Assembly (NCBI GenBank): GCA_965225945.1
Contig: CBDDBZ010000019.1
Coordinates: forward strand, 13,594 to 77,593
Length of the DNA stretch: 64,000 nt
Source of the DNA: Alphaproteobacteria bacterium
GTDB taxonomy: Bacteria > Pseudomonadota > Alphaproteobacteria > GCA-2731375
Direction of reading: 5' to 3'
The notes beneath the pieces are model-generated. The model was not told the origin of the DNA. It searched no databases and was given only the letters and a program-made list of their open reading frames with translations. Positions 1 through 10,304 of this stretch are shown piece by piece. Each line of letters opens with the position of its first letter. Positions within the stretch are counted from its first letter, which is position 1. The position numbers were made by a program, and so were the translations under genes.

Positions 1-429
1 GGCTTCCAACCGTTGGTGCCGTCGTAGGGATCCTGATCGCCACGGGCGTCACAGGGCCTTTCCTGGTGTTACTGAGTATCCGGACGGCGCTTACGAGCAA
101 TCAGTAAGGCCTCCCACAGTTGGCAAACCATAGCCTGGGCCGCCGAGTGCTCGGAAAGGGCGCGCAGGTCGGCGCCGGCTTTTTGCGTGCGCTCGATGCC
201 ACGGGCTACGGCGAAATCACCCGGGGCGCGCCGGTTCGCATCCGCAAGCCCGACGCCTCCGAGACCAGTGAGCAAATAGCCCGCCTGTTCCAGAGCCAGC
301 TGTCGGTGCGCGGTTTCGGTATCGCCAGTACCGGCATGGCCAACGTGCTCAGCTTTCGCTTCACCAGCGATGTCAGCGCCGATCCCAAGGCCTTTCCGAT
401 GGTACAAATCGACGACTGTCGGCACAACG

Positions 430-676
430 TCTCGCCATCTTCAACTCGACCGAGCACGCCGCCGACATATATCGCAACATGGGACCAGGTCGATTGCGTC
501 AGATATATGATCGCCGTGCTGAATCGCGCTATGCCGTCCACGAGCAGAGCATCGGATGGGCGAAGAGCGGCCCGCAGCCGTTCCGGATCGCCGGGCGGAT
601 TGAGGCTCGGCGAACCGGAGGGCCGCGTCAGATAGGCCGCCAACAGACTGCCGAAATAGCGACAAACCCGCCTCAT
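430..676 (-). pseudogene. N-terminal fragment of a YiiX/YebB-like permuted papain (NlpC/P60) protein
   Basis: ORF 206..676 has LRPSDALLVDG..RFSTAIIYLTQSTWSHVAIYVG, typical of the family; resemblance ends near 430 (boundary approximate). Confidence 0.55.
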
Positions 677-714
677 GGAACAGTACGGTCTTCTGCGACT
701 CTTGCGTCGTTCGG

Positions 715-960
715 TTATGTTTCCCGAGCGCCGGAAACGACGCGCATGGATGTTCGAGCTGAATGAACAATTCGCCAGACGTCCTCCGACGTAAGACCGT
801 CGCTTAGCACGAGAGAAATGCAGATCGAATCCGATAAGAAATCGTCTACTGAAGGTTCGGCTGCTTTCGCGCGACCAGGCTTCATTCGTTCCCGCCTCCT
901 TCGTTCGTATTCAGCTCGGCAGCCCGATGATGGCCTGCGATCGATGCGCTCGTATACCAC
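715..960 (-). CDS. Small hypothetical protein
   Basis: EPSVDDFLSDSICISLVLSDGLTSEDVWRIV resembles small alphaproteobacterial proteins of the EPxLxELLxDP type; start uncertain; abuts IS630. Confidence 0.35.
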   Translation of the reverse strand: MVYERIDRRPSSGCRAEYERRRRERMKPGRAKAAEPSVDDFLSDSICISLVLSDGLTSEDVWRIVHSARTSMRVVSGARET

Positions 961-2042
961 CTAGTGTACCGACTCTAACGCCTGTCGCCCACGAGCGACT
1001 TTTTCGAGTATGGCGGTGGCGGAAGCGGTCCATACGAAGGGTTTTGGATCGGCATTGTGGTGCTCGAGGTATTCCTGAATGGCTGTTTCGAGTTCGGCGA
1101 CGCTCTTGAACACGCCGCAACGGATTTGATCGCTGGTGATCAGGCCGAAGAAGCGTTCGACCTGGCTGAGCCAGGAGGCGGATGTCGGAGTGAAGTGCAT
1201 ATGGAAGCGAGGATGTTTTGCCAACCACGCCTTGACCTTGGGATGCTTGTGGGTGGCGTAGTTGTCGGCGATCAGATGCAGGTCGAGCTTCTTGGGCGTC
1301 TCGGCGTCGATACGGCGCAGGAATTTCAGCCATTCCTGATGGCGGTGCCGCTTCATGCAGTGGCCGATGACCTTGCCGGTGGCGACGTCGAGCGCGGCGA
1401 ACAATGTCGTCGTGCCGTGGCGCTTGTAGTCATGCGTCATGGTGCCGGCTCGGCCCTTCTTGATCGGCAAGCCGGCTGTGTGCGGTCGAGCGCCTGGATC
1501 TGGCTCTTCTCGTCGACCGAGAGAACCAGCGCCTTGTCCGGCGGATCGAGATAGAGACCGACGATATCGCGCACCTTCTCGACGAAGTGCTCGTCATTCG
1601 ACAGCTTGAAGGTCTTCACCAGGTGCGGCTTGAGGCCGTGCGCCTTCCAGATCCGCTGCACGCTGGTGTAGCTGAGGCCGACGGCACGGGCCATCTTGCG
1701 GATGCTCCAATGCGTCGCCGCCTCCGGCGTCTCGTGCAAGGTCTTATGCACAACCCGCTCGATCACCTCGGCGCTCAGCGGCGGCTTGCGTCCCGGTCGC
1801 GTCGCATCGCGGCGCAGTCCGGCGATGCCTTTGGCAAGGTAGCGCTCCTGCCAGCGCCACACCGTCACCTTACTTTTGCCGACCAACCGGACGATCGTCA
1901 TCGTGCCGATCCCGTCAGCCGACAGCAACACGATCCGTGCCCGCCAAACCAGCTTCTGCGGCGTGTTCCGCCCAGAAACCAACCCTTCCAGCGTCGCCCG
2001 CTCCGCGGGAGACAGCCAGATGCATGCCAATGTCTTCGTCAT
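961..2042 (-). pseudogene. IS630 transposase, frameshifted near 1470
   Basis: ORF 1437..2042 ([19 protein letters not shown]) and ORF 961..1470 ([25 protein letters not shown]) join if one G is restored in CAG CCG (G)GC TTG; no slippery run at the break. Confidence 0.85.
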
Positions 2043-2101
2043 TCCCCCAGAATCGCAGAACGCAAGCCCTTTGGGAAACTTTTGTTAGGATTGGAACACT
2101 A
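962..2101 (-). mobile_element. IS630-family element, copy A
   Basis: Imperfect TIRs TAGTGTACCGACTCTAAC / TAGTGTTCCAATCCTAAC; CTAG at 961-964 and 2099-2102; encloses a DDE transposase. Confidence 0.92.
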
Positions 2102-2129
2102 GAAGTTTCTCTTCGACGGCACGGCGGCT

Positions 2130-2340
2130 TCAGGACGCCTTGGCGGTATGGGTTTGGGTGCGCATGCGAAGCGCCTGTACCAAGCCGTCCATGCCATGGT
2201 TCCGGATGACCGTCGTGAACTCCGCCCTCTGCGTTGCGGCCATGCTAACACCCTCGACCGCGACGTCGATGATTTTATACTGTCGGTCGATCACCCTGAC
2301 GAGCCAGCCGGCCTTGACCCCCGCCGCGGCCCCGATCCCG
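2130..2340 (-). pseudogene. mlaC: C-terminal fragment of MlaC/Ttg2D phospholipid-binding protein
   Basis: YKIIDVAVEGVSMAATQRAEFTTVIRNHGMDGLVQALR is the MlaC C-terminal motif; N-terminal part not found. Confidence 0.6.
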
Positions 2341-2440
2341 TGGCCTACATCCTCTCGACCAACATCCACCGCCGCCACATGACCAGGGGCCGGAGGGCAA
2401 TGGCGGTGACCTCGGGTGGCAGTGTGCGGTAAACTGCCGA

Positions 2441-3053
2441 GTGTCGTTAGCGAGACTGGAACAGAGACTCGTGCGTCGACCGTATCGGACAAGCATCCTA
2501 CTTGCCATCGCGATCCTCATGGGGGTCACGATGGGCCACGCCGCGCCCCGGGACAGTCCCGACGAGAGCACGAAAATGGGCGCCGCCTTCCTTTACTGGC
2601 AAAAGGGATACGTTCTCCACTTGCAGGGGCAGTACGAGGCTGCGGCGCGCCATTTCCGCCTGTCGATCGACGCCAGCCCGACCGAGGAAGGACATACCTA
2701 CCTCGGCTGGTCGCTGAGCCATCAGGGTCAGACCGAAGAAGCCATAGAGGAATGCAGGAAAGCCATAGCGATCGATCCCGATTACGGCAATCCCTATAAC
2801 GATATCGGCGCCTATCTGATCACTCTGGGGCGGGCGGAGGAGGCCATCCCTTGGTTCGAGAAGGCGATCCGGGCCAAGCGCTATTGCTGCTACCAGTTCC
2901 CCGCACTTCAACATGGGTCGGGTCTTGTTGAGACAAGGGCTGATCGAGAAAGTCGAACGCGCCTTCGAGCGTGCACTGTCCCATGAGCCGGACTATCTTC
3001 CGGCGCGGAAGGCGCTCGAATACGTGCGCTCGCTTGCAGGCGAATCCCTTTAA
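2441..3053 (+). pseudogene. TPR protein with a 1-nt frameshift near 2900
   Basis: TPR motifs (HTYLGWSLSHQGQTEEAI, PYNDIGAYLITLGRAEEAIPWFEKAI); removing one C restores YQFPHFNMGRVLLRQG...GESL* ending at TAA 3051-3053. Confidence 0.75.
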
Positions 3054-3171
3054 GCAGAGGGCTACTCCCTCTCGATAGACCGAAAATTTGCCAACCTCAC
3101 GCCGCCTCGCGCACCACCAGCGCGTCGAGGGCGCCCGGGCTCGTCATCCCTCGGCTTGAACGGCGGCTCCC

Positions 3172-3727
3172 TCACCCCCGGACGTGACGGCGCGTTGCCT
3201 CACCACTCCCGCCAGGGATCGGAACCAGGCCCGATCGGGGGCGGACGTTGCCGTCGATCATCTCTCCGAGGCCGGCGGAGCCGTTGATGCCAAAGGCTAC
3301 ACCCGCGTCCAGATCACCCCGCGTCAGGTATTCGATCCTGTCCGCCATACCCATGCCGTCCAATGCCTTGAGATCGGCCTCGTGATGAAGCCACAGCACC
3401 ATGCTCACTTCCGATCTGTAAGCGCGGCCGTGCTCACGGTGGATCTCTTCCGCCAGCGCCCGGTCAACCGCCCTCCGTTCGATGGCCATCTCGCGGTCCA
3501 GCGTATCGGCGGCCGCCATCAGGCGCTCGGCTTCGGCCCGCATACGACCGGCTTCCGCCTCTTGCTCGTCGAGCTTGCCGTAGATTTCGCGCCAACCTTC
3601 GGCTTCGCGCGCCTGCTCCAGGCGTTCGGGGAACATTGCGCCGGCCTCGTTCGGCTCGACGATAATTTCGGCCCCCGGCTCGCCATTCTTGTGGCGGCCG
3701 TATCTGAGGGTAATCCTCCGGCCGTGA
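3172..3727 (-). pseudogene. Hypothetical coiled-coil-rich protein, 5' end cut by IS21
   Basis: Protein-like ORF 3172..3744 whose annotated start lies inside the IS21 left end. Confidence 0.45.
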
Positions 3728-4449
3728 TGTGGAACGGCGTGCAAAGTTGACCCCTGCTGAGGGGTGATCGGCGTCCAAATTTGACCCCCTGAGCCTGGCT
3801 AGTCCAAGTCACCTCGTTTTTGGGCGGACGAGGTGGTGGGGGATGTTGGTCGTGGAGACGATAGCGCGGATCCGGCGGGAGTATTTCGTCAAGGGGAAGC
3901 CGATCAAGGAGATCGTGCGGGACGTGAAGGTCTCGGGCAACACGGTGCGCAAGGTGATCCGTTCGCAGGCGACGGCGTTCACCTACGACCGGCGGGTCCA
4001 GCCGATGCCGAAGCTGGGGCCGTGGACGGCCGAGCTGGAGCGGATGCTGGAGGCCAACGAGACCAAGTCGAAGCGGGAGCGGCTGACGCTGCTACGGATC
4101 TCCGAAGCCCTCGAGGGTCTGGGCTATGGCGGCGGCTACGACGCGGTGCGGCGCTACGCCAAGGCGTGGCGGTGGCGCCGTTCGGCATCGACGGCGCAGA
4201 CCTATGTGCCGTTGGTGTTCTCGCCGGGCGAGGCCTATCAGTTCGACTGGAGCCACGAGTACGTGGTGCTGGCGGGGGTGACGACCAAGGTCAAGGTCGC
4301 GCACGTCCGGCTGTGCCACAGCCGAATGTTCTTCGTCCGCGCTTATCCGCGCGAGAGCCAGGAGATGGTGTTCGACGCCCACGACCGGGCATTCCGGCTG
4401 TTCCAGGGTGCCTGCCGGCGAGGCATCTACGACAACATGAAGACGGCGG
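3728..4449 (+). mobile_element. IS21-family element, left half (IRL plus 5' istA)
   Basis: Begins TGTGGAACGGCGTGCAAAGTTGACCCC with an internal repeat of the motif; truncated by IS256 at 4450. Confidence 0.9.
3843..4449 (+). pseudogene. istA: IS21 transposase IstA, N-terminal part
   Basis: HTH plus PGEAYQFDWS and RGIYDNMKTA, then interrupted. Confidence 0.9.
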
Positions 4450-4984
4450 GGGGATGTCCCGGGCTCTGTTGAAAAGCTGAAGTAGGCGTCGTCCGCCTGG
4501 AGCCGCTAGGCTCTGGGTGCTGATTCCATCAAGGAGAACGACGCCATGACCAAGACTACACGCAACGACCGTTCCTCGGAACCATCCTGTCGGCTCTTGC
4601 CATCGATGCCGGAGGCCTTCGACGATCTGCGCATGAGCGTCGATCGCTTCTGCCTTTTGGCGGGCCTCGAGTCTTTGAACGAGATGATGTCGGCGGACGC
4701 GGAAGCCTTGTGCGGTTCGCGCCACGCCCGCTCGGGCGAGCGCAAGGGCCATCGATGGGGCACGACCCGGAGCGAGATCGCCTACCACGGCGGCAAAGTG
4801 AAGGTCGAGCGCCCTCGGGTGCGGGACTTCGCGGGTCGGGAGATGAGCCTGCCGAGTTGGGAGCTGCTGTCGGAACCCGAACTCTTGCAAGCCTGGGCGA
4901 TGAATCTGATGGTGATCAACGTCTCGACCCGCAAGTATGCCCGCGCGGTGCGCCTGCCGGACGATGCGGGCGGCGATCTGCCGG
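4450..4984 (+). mobile_element. IS256-family element type B, 5' remnant
   Basis: Matches the start of the full copy at 49574; cut at 4984 by the IS3-like element. Confidence 0.92.
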
Positions 4985-5029
4985 TGAGTCGGACCCGATT
5001 TCCTTGGACACAGAATTGGCTTAATCGAA

Positions 5030-5461
5030 GTGTCCAAGGAGGACCGGAACATGACCGACAATTTTGAAAACAAAGTTGCTGTTGATGGGCCTGTGGTAAA
5101 CGAGGGCGAGCTTGGCTCGTCCACGTTTTCCCCGGGCCAGGTTTCGCCGGCAGGCCCGCTGGGACTTGGCCAGCGGTGGACGGTGACGCGCAAGCGTGAG
5201 GTTGCCCTGCGGCTTTTGCGTGGCGAGCCGGTGGAACTTTTGTCGCGGCAGTTGGGCGTGGAGATTTTCCGGCTCGAGCAGTGGCGTGAGAAGGCGATCG
5301 CCGGGATCGATGCCTCGCTCAAGGAACGCAAGGGCGATCCGGTAAAGGCGGAACTGGACATCGCCATGAAGCGGATCGGGGAGTTGATCATGCAGGTGGA
5401 ACTGCTGGAGGCCAAGACGGAGACGTCCGGCCCTTTGGGGCGGCGGAGGTCGCGGCGATGA
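5030..5461 (+). CDS. IS OrfA (HTH)
   Basis: RWTVTRKREVALRLLRGEPVELLSRQLGV; ATGA overlap with OrfB. Confidence 0.85.
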   Translation: MSKEDRNMTDNFENKVAVDGPVVNEGELGSSTFSPGQVSPAGPLGLGQRWTVTRKREVALRLLRGEPVELLSRQLGVEIFRLEQWREKAIAGIDASLKERKGDPVKAELDIAMKRIGELIMQVELLEAKTETSGPLGRRRSRR

Positions 5462-6369
5462 GTGCCGCCACCTCTCCCGGCACGGGTTTGGCCTACGGCC
5501 TCCAGCGGGTCTGTGCGGCCTGGGGTTTTGCCCGTTCCTCGTTCTACGCCATGAAATCCCGGCAGCAGGCCACCGCTGAGCGCCCACCAGCAAAGCGCCG
5601 GGGACCGAAGCCCTCGATCTCGGACGAGGCTCTGCTGGTGGCCATCGAGGCCGACCTGGAGGCATCCCCCTGGGAGGGCGAGGGACACCGCAAGGTCTGG
5701 GCTCGGCTTCGGGTCTGTCGTGGCATCCGTGTTTCCCGCAAGCGGGTGCTCCGGGTGATGCGCGAGAACAACCTGCTCTCGCCCCATCGCTGCCGCCGCC
5801 GTGGCGGAAATCCCCATGTCGGTGAGATCATCACCCATGCCCCCAACCTCATGTGGGGCACGGACGGCGTTCGGGTGTTCACGGTGGACGACGGCTGGGG
5901 CTGGATATTCACCGCCATCGAGCATTGGAACGCCGAGTGCGTCGGCTGGCATGTGTGCAAGCGAGGCGACCGCTTCGCCGCCCTTCAGCCGATCTCCATG
6001 GGGCTTGCGAGGCTGTATGCCTCGACCTCCGCCGGTGCGGCGCGGGGGCTGGCCTTGCGGATGGATCACGGCTCCCAGTATCTGTCGGACCACTTCACCA
6101 ACCAGATCAAGTTCTGGGGCATCCAGCCGTCCTACGCCTTCGTCGAACAGCCCCAGACCAACGGCGTCGCCGAGAGGTTCAATCGCACGCTCAAGGAACA
6201 GATCATCCATGGCCGCATCTACCGCAACATCGCGGAGCTGCGGAACGCCGTCCGCGGGTTCGTCGAACAGTACAATGCCCAGTGGATCGTGGAGAAGAAC
6301 GGCTACCTGAGCCCCGCTCAAGCTCGTCAGGCGTGGCACACCGCGATGTCACTCAGGCCCGCCGCATGA
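5458..6369 (+). CDS. IS OrfB, integrase-core (rve) transposase
   Basis: PNLMWGTD, MDHGSQY, PQTNGVAERFNRTLKE motifs. Confidence 0.92.
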   Translation: MSAATSPGTGLAYGLQRVCAAWGFARSSFYAMKSRQQATAERPPAKRRGPKPSISDEALLVAIEADLEASPWEGEGHRKVWARLRVCRGIRVSRKRVLRVMRENNLLSPHRCRRRGGNPHVGEIITHAPNLMWGTDGVRVFTVDDGWGWIFTAIEHWNAECVGWHVCKRGDRFAALQPISMGLARLYASTSAGAARGLALRMDHGSQYLSDHFTNQIKFWGIQPSYAFVEQPQTNGVAERFNRTLKEQIIHGRIYRNIAELRNAVRGFVEQYNAQWIVEKNGYLSPAQARQAWHTAMSLRPAA

Positions 6370-6552
6370 GACAAACTTGTGTCCAAGGAACCGGGTGCGA
6401 TACACCCGCGACAAGCCGTGTCGGCCCGGCGCCATGGCGCGACGCTTCCGAGGTTCGGCCCGGCGGACGACGTGGCGGATTGGCCGCGCCCGCCGCCCGA
6501 GTATGATATCGAGCGTGAGTTTCGGCATCGCACGCGCGAAACGGGGTGAGAC

Positions 6553-7230
6553 ATGGAGTGGCGGCGGCGGTTCGATGCGGTCCTCTTCGATCTCGACGGC
6601 ACCCTGGTGGAGACGGCACCGGATTTGACGGCGGCGCTGAACCACACGCTGGTTCACGTCGGCCTGCCGCCGGTCGCGCTCGACGAGGTCCGCCACATGA
6701 TCGGCGACGGCGCCCGCGCGCTCCTCGCCAAGGGCATCCAGGCAGCGGGCCGAGCCGCGGACGAGAAGACCTTCGCCGAATGGTTCGATATCTTGCTCGA
6801 GCATTATTCCCATCACGTCGCCGACGCGAGCCACCCCTTCCCCGACGTCGAGGCCCAGCTCCAGGCGCTCCGGGCCGGCGGCGCCCGCCTCGGGGTCTGC
6901 ACCAACAAGCCGATCGCGCTCACCGAAAAGCTGTTGGCGGAACTCGATCTCGCCCGCCATTTCGACGTCCTGATGGGGGGCGACAGCCTGCCCGTGCGCA
7001 AGCCGGATCCGGCGCACCTGTTGGAGAGCTTGAAGCGAATCGACGTCGCGCCCACGCGCGCGGTGATGGTGGGCGATTCCGGGAACGACGTCCAAGCCGC
7101 CCGCAACGCCGGTCTGCCGGTGATCGTGGTATCGTTCGGCTACACCGCGACACCGCCCGGCGAGCTCGGCGCCGACATGGTGATCGACGGCTTCGACGAG
7201 CTGCCGGCGGCGCTCTCGGCGCTCGCTTGA
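6553..7230 (+). CDS. gph: Phosphoglycolate phosphatase (HAD family)
   Basis: FDLDGTLVET, CTNKP, KPDP, MVGDSGND motifs. Confidence 0.9.
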   Translation: MEWRRRFDAVLFDLDGTLVETAPDLTAALNHTLVHVGLPPVALDEVRHMIGDGARALLAKGIQAAGRAADEKTFAEWFDILLEHYSHHVADASHPFPDVEAQLQALRAGGARLGVCTNKPIALTEKLLAELDLARHFDVLMGGDSLPVRKPDPAHLLESLKRIDVAPTRAVMVGDSGNDVQAARNAGLPVIVVSFGYTATPPGELGADMVIDGFDELPAALSALA

Positions 7231-7286
7231 CAGCCCCGGCCGCCGCTCCTATAGCGGGAGCCGGCCATCGCCCGTCGGGCCGATCG

Positions 7287-7363
7287 GGGCGCGTAGCTCA
7301 GGTGGTTAGAGCGCTACGCTCACATCGTAGAGGTCGCTGGTTCGAGTCCAGCCGCGCCCACCA
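7287..7363 (+). tRNA. tRNA-Val(CAC)
   Basis: Acceptor GGGCGCG/CGCGCCC, anticodon arm CTACG-CTCACAT-CGTAG, T-loop GTTCGAGTC, encoded CCA. Confidence 0.96.
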
Positions 7364-7715
7364 TTTTCGTCTACTTATCAGGCGCCTGAGACGAAATCTT
7401 CTTGTCGAATCCGAGCTTGCGGCGAGCCCCGTCCGGGCTTCGAAGTCTCCATTCCACCGGCCTAGTGTCCCGATTCCGAAGTTCGCATGATTTTCGCCTG
7501 CTGTTCAGCGATTTCGATTGTTCGGAGGCAGAAGCGCTGGATGGCGCCGAGGATGTCATCGGCGGATTTGGTCCATTTGAAGGGTTCGGGGTTCTGGTTT
7601 GTCGTGTCGATGTAGTCGAGGATGGTGCGCTCCAACTCCTTGGTGGAGCGATGGACGCCGCGCCTGATCTGCTTGTCGGTCAGCAGCCCGAACCAGCGCT
7701 CGACCTGGTTCAGCC

Positions 7716-8468
7716 CTTGCCTATCCGGTTATCACACACCCACTATATGTAGTGTGTCTCCTTGGACTGCAGGCAAGGGCCGGCGCAGGCGCATTGAGGA
7801 GGCGATCCGGCTAATTCTTGATTGTTCTGAAAACCGAACCGGAGTTTAATTCACGTCACGTATTTAACATCGGGGGACGGAACGGTGGCGACCAAGGGAA
7901 AAACGAAGAAACCCACGGCCAGACGGGAAGCTGCTGATGAAACGACATCGTCTGAGCGATTGACGGCACTAGTCGAAGAAAGCGACGCGCTGGCACGAAT
8001 CGTTGCGAAGAACCCGTCCGCGCCTGTTAGTCTCCTGCGCGTTTTGAGTCGCAGCGAAGACGAAGCGACACGCAAGAACGTGATCCTCAATCCGTTTACT
8101 TCATATGACGTATTGAGCGAACTTGAAAACCAGTTCACAGAGCTATTTGTGAATAATCCGGCACTCGAATCCTACAATTCAATGAAGCTCTGATTTCCTG
8201 GAATATTCCATCGGTGTCGTTCACCTCCGATTTCAGATAAATTTCAATGAAGTGACGGTCCTTTATGCAACGTGGCGTTTTGCCAAATCCGACTCAATGA
8301 TTAGGATTTCCACCACGCTAAAGTGTCGCCTAAAAGGCGCTACAATGCCGTCCGAGTCCCTGCTCGGCATCGCCGGAGATATCTCCGCTTCGACCTGCAC
8401 CGAGCTTTACTCAGGAAAATGGGTGCACACTACATATAGTGGGTGTGGGTGATAACCGGATAGGTAAG
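7716..8468 (+). mobile_element. Non-autonomous IS1595-derived cassette, copy 1 (753 bp)
   Basis: TIR CTTGCCTATCCGGTTATCAC…; 8-bp TSD GTTCAGCC at 7708-7715 and 8469-8476; slightly diverged from copies 2-4. Confidence 0.93.
7885..8193 (+). CDS. Passenger protein, leucine-rich-repeat-variant/HEAT-like (copy 1)
   Basis: 102 aa with VAKNPSAPVSLL, VILNPFTSYDVL and FVNNPAL repeats; GTG start after a GGGGGA RBS-like motif. Confidence 0.7.
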   Translation: MATKGKTKKPTARREAADETTSSERLTALVEESDALARIVAKNPSAPVSLLRVLSRSEDEATRKNVILNPFTSYDVLSELENQFTELFVNNPALESYNSMKL

Positions 8469-9536
8469 GTTCAGCCAGGAGGCGCTGGTGGGTGTGAAAT
8501 GGGCCTGCCAGCGCGGCCGTTTGGCGAACCAGTCGCGGATCGCCTTGGTCTTGTGGGTCCCGTAGTTGTCCATGACGATGTGGATGTCGAGATCAGCAGG
8601 GACGTTCGCCTCGACGAGGTCGAGGAATTTGCGGAACTCTCGGGCCCGATGGCGCGGGAAACATTTGCCGATGATCTCTCCCGTGGCGATGTCGAGGGCC
8701 GCGAAGAGAGAGGTCGTGCCGTGGCGCTTGTAGTCGTGGCTGCGCCGCTCCGCCTGCCCGGGGCGCATCGGCAAGAGGGGCTGGGAACGGTCCAAGGCCT
8801 GGATCTGGCTCTTTTCGTCGACACAGAGAACCAGGGCACGATCCGGCGGCGCCAAATACAGACCGACGATGTCGCGGACCTTCTCCACGAAGAAGGGATC
8901 GCTCGACAGCTTGAAGGTCTCCGAGCGATGCGGCTGCAAGCCGAAGGCCCGCCAAATGCGATGAATGGTCGAGGGCGCGTTGCCGCTCGCCCGCGCCATC
9001 GAGCGAAGGCTCCAATGGGTCGCGTCCGGCGGCGTCTCTTCCAGCGTCAGCCGGACCGCTTCCGCGATGGCGTCATCGCCGATTTGACGCGGCGCGCCGG
9101 GGCGGGGTTCGTCGTACAGACCGTCGAGGCCCTCCGCCGCATAGCGGCGACGCCACTTGCCCACGGTGTCCGCGCTCGCCTCGAGACGAACGGCGATCTC
9201 CTTGTTCTCCAACCCTTCCGCCGCCGCCAAGACGATCCGAGCCCGCCGCGCAAGCCCCTGCGACGTCTTGCGACGACGAGACAGCGCCTCCAATTCGGCG
9301 CGCTCGTCATCGCTCAAAGAGATCGTCACCGCCACTCTCGCCATCAATCGCGCCTCCTGAAAACAAATAGAGATATAATCATATCAATTTATCGATCAGG
9401 ACACCAGTGCATGATACCCTGGCGAGTGACCCAGAGGAGGAGCGGGGCGATCGAGACCGATGTCCATTGGTTTCACGCCACTCGATGACCTTCCGACGAA
9501 AAAATATGGTCTCGCCTCGTTGAAAGCGAAATTGCG

Positions 9537-10292
9537 GTGTCCCTGAAGCGGATTCGATTCCCTTGGCCCGACGGCGCGGCACGGATCGTCGCGATCCTCC
9601 TCGTCTCGCTTCTCTCCGCATGCACGCCGATCGAGCCGAAACCGAGCGGGTCGCGCCCGCCAACGCCGAGCAAAACCGAAACGACCGACGTCTTGAACGT
9701 CGGCACCGCGATCATGGACGGTTGGCGCCACCTGCCGCTGCGGGGCAGCACGTCCTACGGAATCGTCGCCATGGACGGGACCTTGGTGCTGCGCGCCGAG
9801 GGGCGAAACTCGGCCTCGGGCCTGCTCCGACGGGTCGAGATCGATCCGGAGGAATGTCCGCATCTGGAATGGTCCTGGCGGGTCGACGCGATGCAGGCGC
9901 AAGCGGATCTCGAGGTCAAGGAGCGCGAAGACGTCGCGGCTTCGATCATGCTGTTGTTCGGGGATCCGGGGTTCCTTTCCAACCCGGACCCCGTGCCGAC
10001 GGTGCGCTACGTCTGGACAAACGAGGCGACGCCGAAAGGCCGAATCGTCGACAGTCCCTACCTCCCGGGCGTGGTGCGGAGCATCGTTCTCGAAAGCGGG
10101 ATGGGGCGCGCTCGAACCTGGAAAATCGAGCGCCGCGACATCCGGCGCGATTTCGAAACGGCCTTCGGCCGCCCACCCGACGACAAGGTCCATGCCGTGG
10201 TGCTGTTCACCGACAACGATCAGACCAAGCAAAAAGTCGTGGCCTATTACGGCTGGATTCGGAGCCTGTGCCGAGCGCCGGCCGACGGCTGA
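9537..10292 (+). CDS. DUF3047-family lipoprotein
   Basis: Lipobox-like LLSAC; LEWSWRVD, ERRDIRRDFETAFG and LFTDNDQT motifs. Confidence 0.75.
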   Translation: MSLKRIRFPWPDGAARIVAILLVSLLSACTPIEPKPSGSRPPTPSKTETTDVLNVGTAIMDGWRHLPLRGSTSYGIVAMDGTLVLRAEGRNSASGLLRRVEIDPEECPHLEWSWRVDAMQAQADLEVKEREDVAASIMLLFGDPGFLSNPDPVPTVRYVWTNEATPKGRIVDSPYLPGVVRSIVLESGMGRARTWKIERRDIRRDFETAFGRPPDDKVHAVVLFTDNDQTKQKVVAYYGWIRSLCRAPADG

Positions 10293-10304
10293 AGGACCGT
10301 CCGC

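Larger units (their letters stand above)
4985..6404 (+). mobile_element. IS3-like (rve/DDE) element, copy 1, 1420 bp
   Basis: Ends TGAGTCGGACCCGATTTCCTTGGACACA / TGTGTCCAAGGAACCGGGTGCGATACA; two ORFs; near-identical inverted copy at 25052..26471. Confidence 0.93.
7463..9406 (-). mobile_element. IS630-family element B, interrupted by mini-element copy 1
   Basis: Ends TAGTGTCCCGAT / TGGTGTCCTGAT; transposase 9347->8469 (…[10 protein letters not shown]) resumes at 7715->7463 (QVERWFGLLTDKQIRRG…ESGH*). Confidence 0.9.

Noticed and set aside
7287-7462. Integrative element at tRNA-Val
   Set aside because: No integrase and no duplicated tRNA 3' end found in the window.
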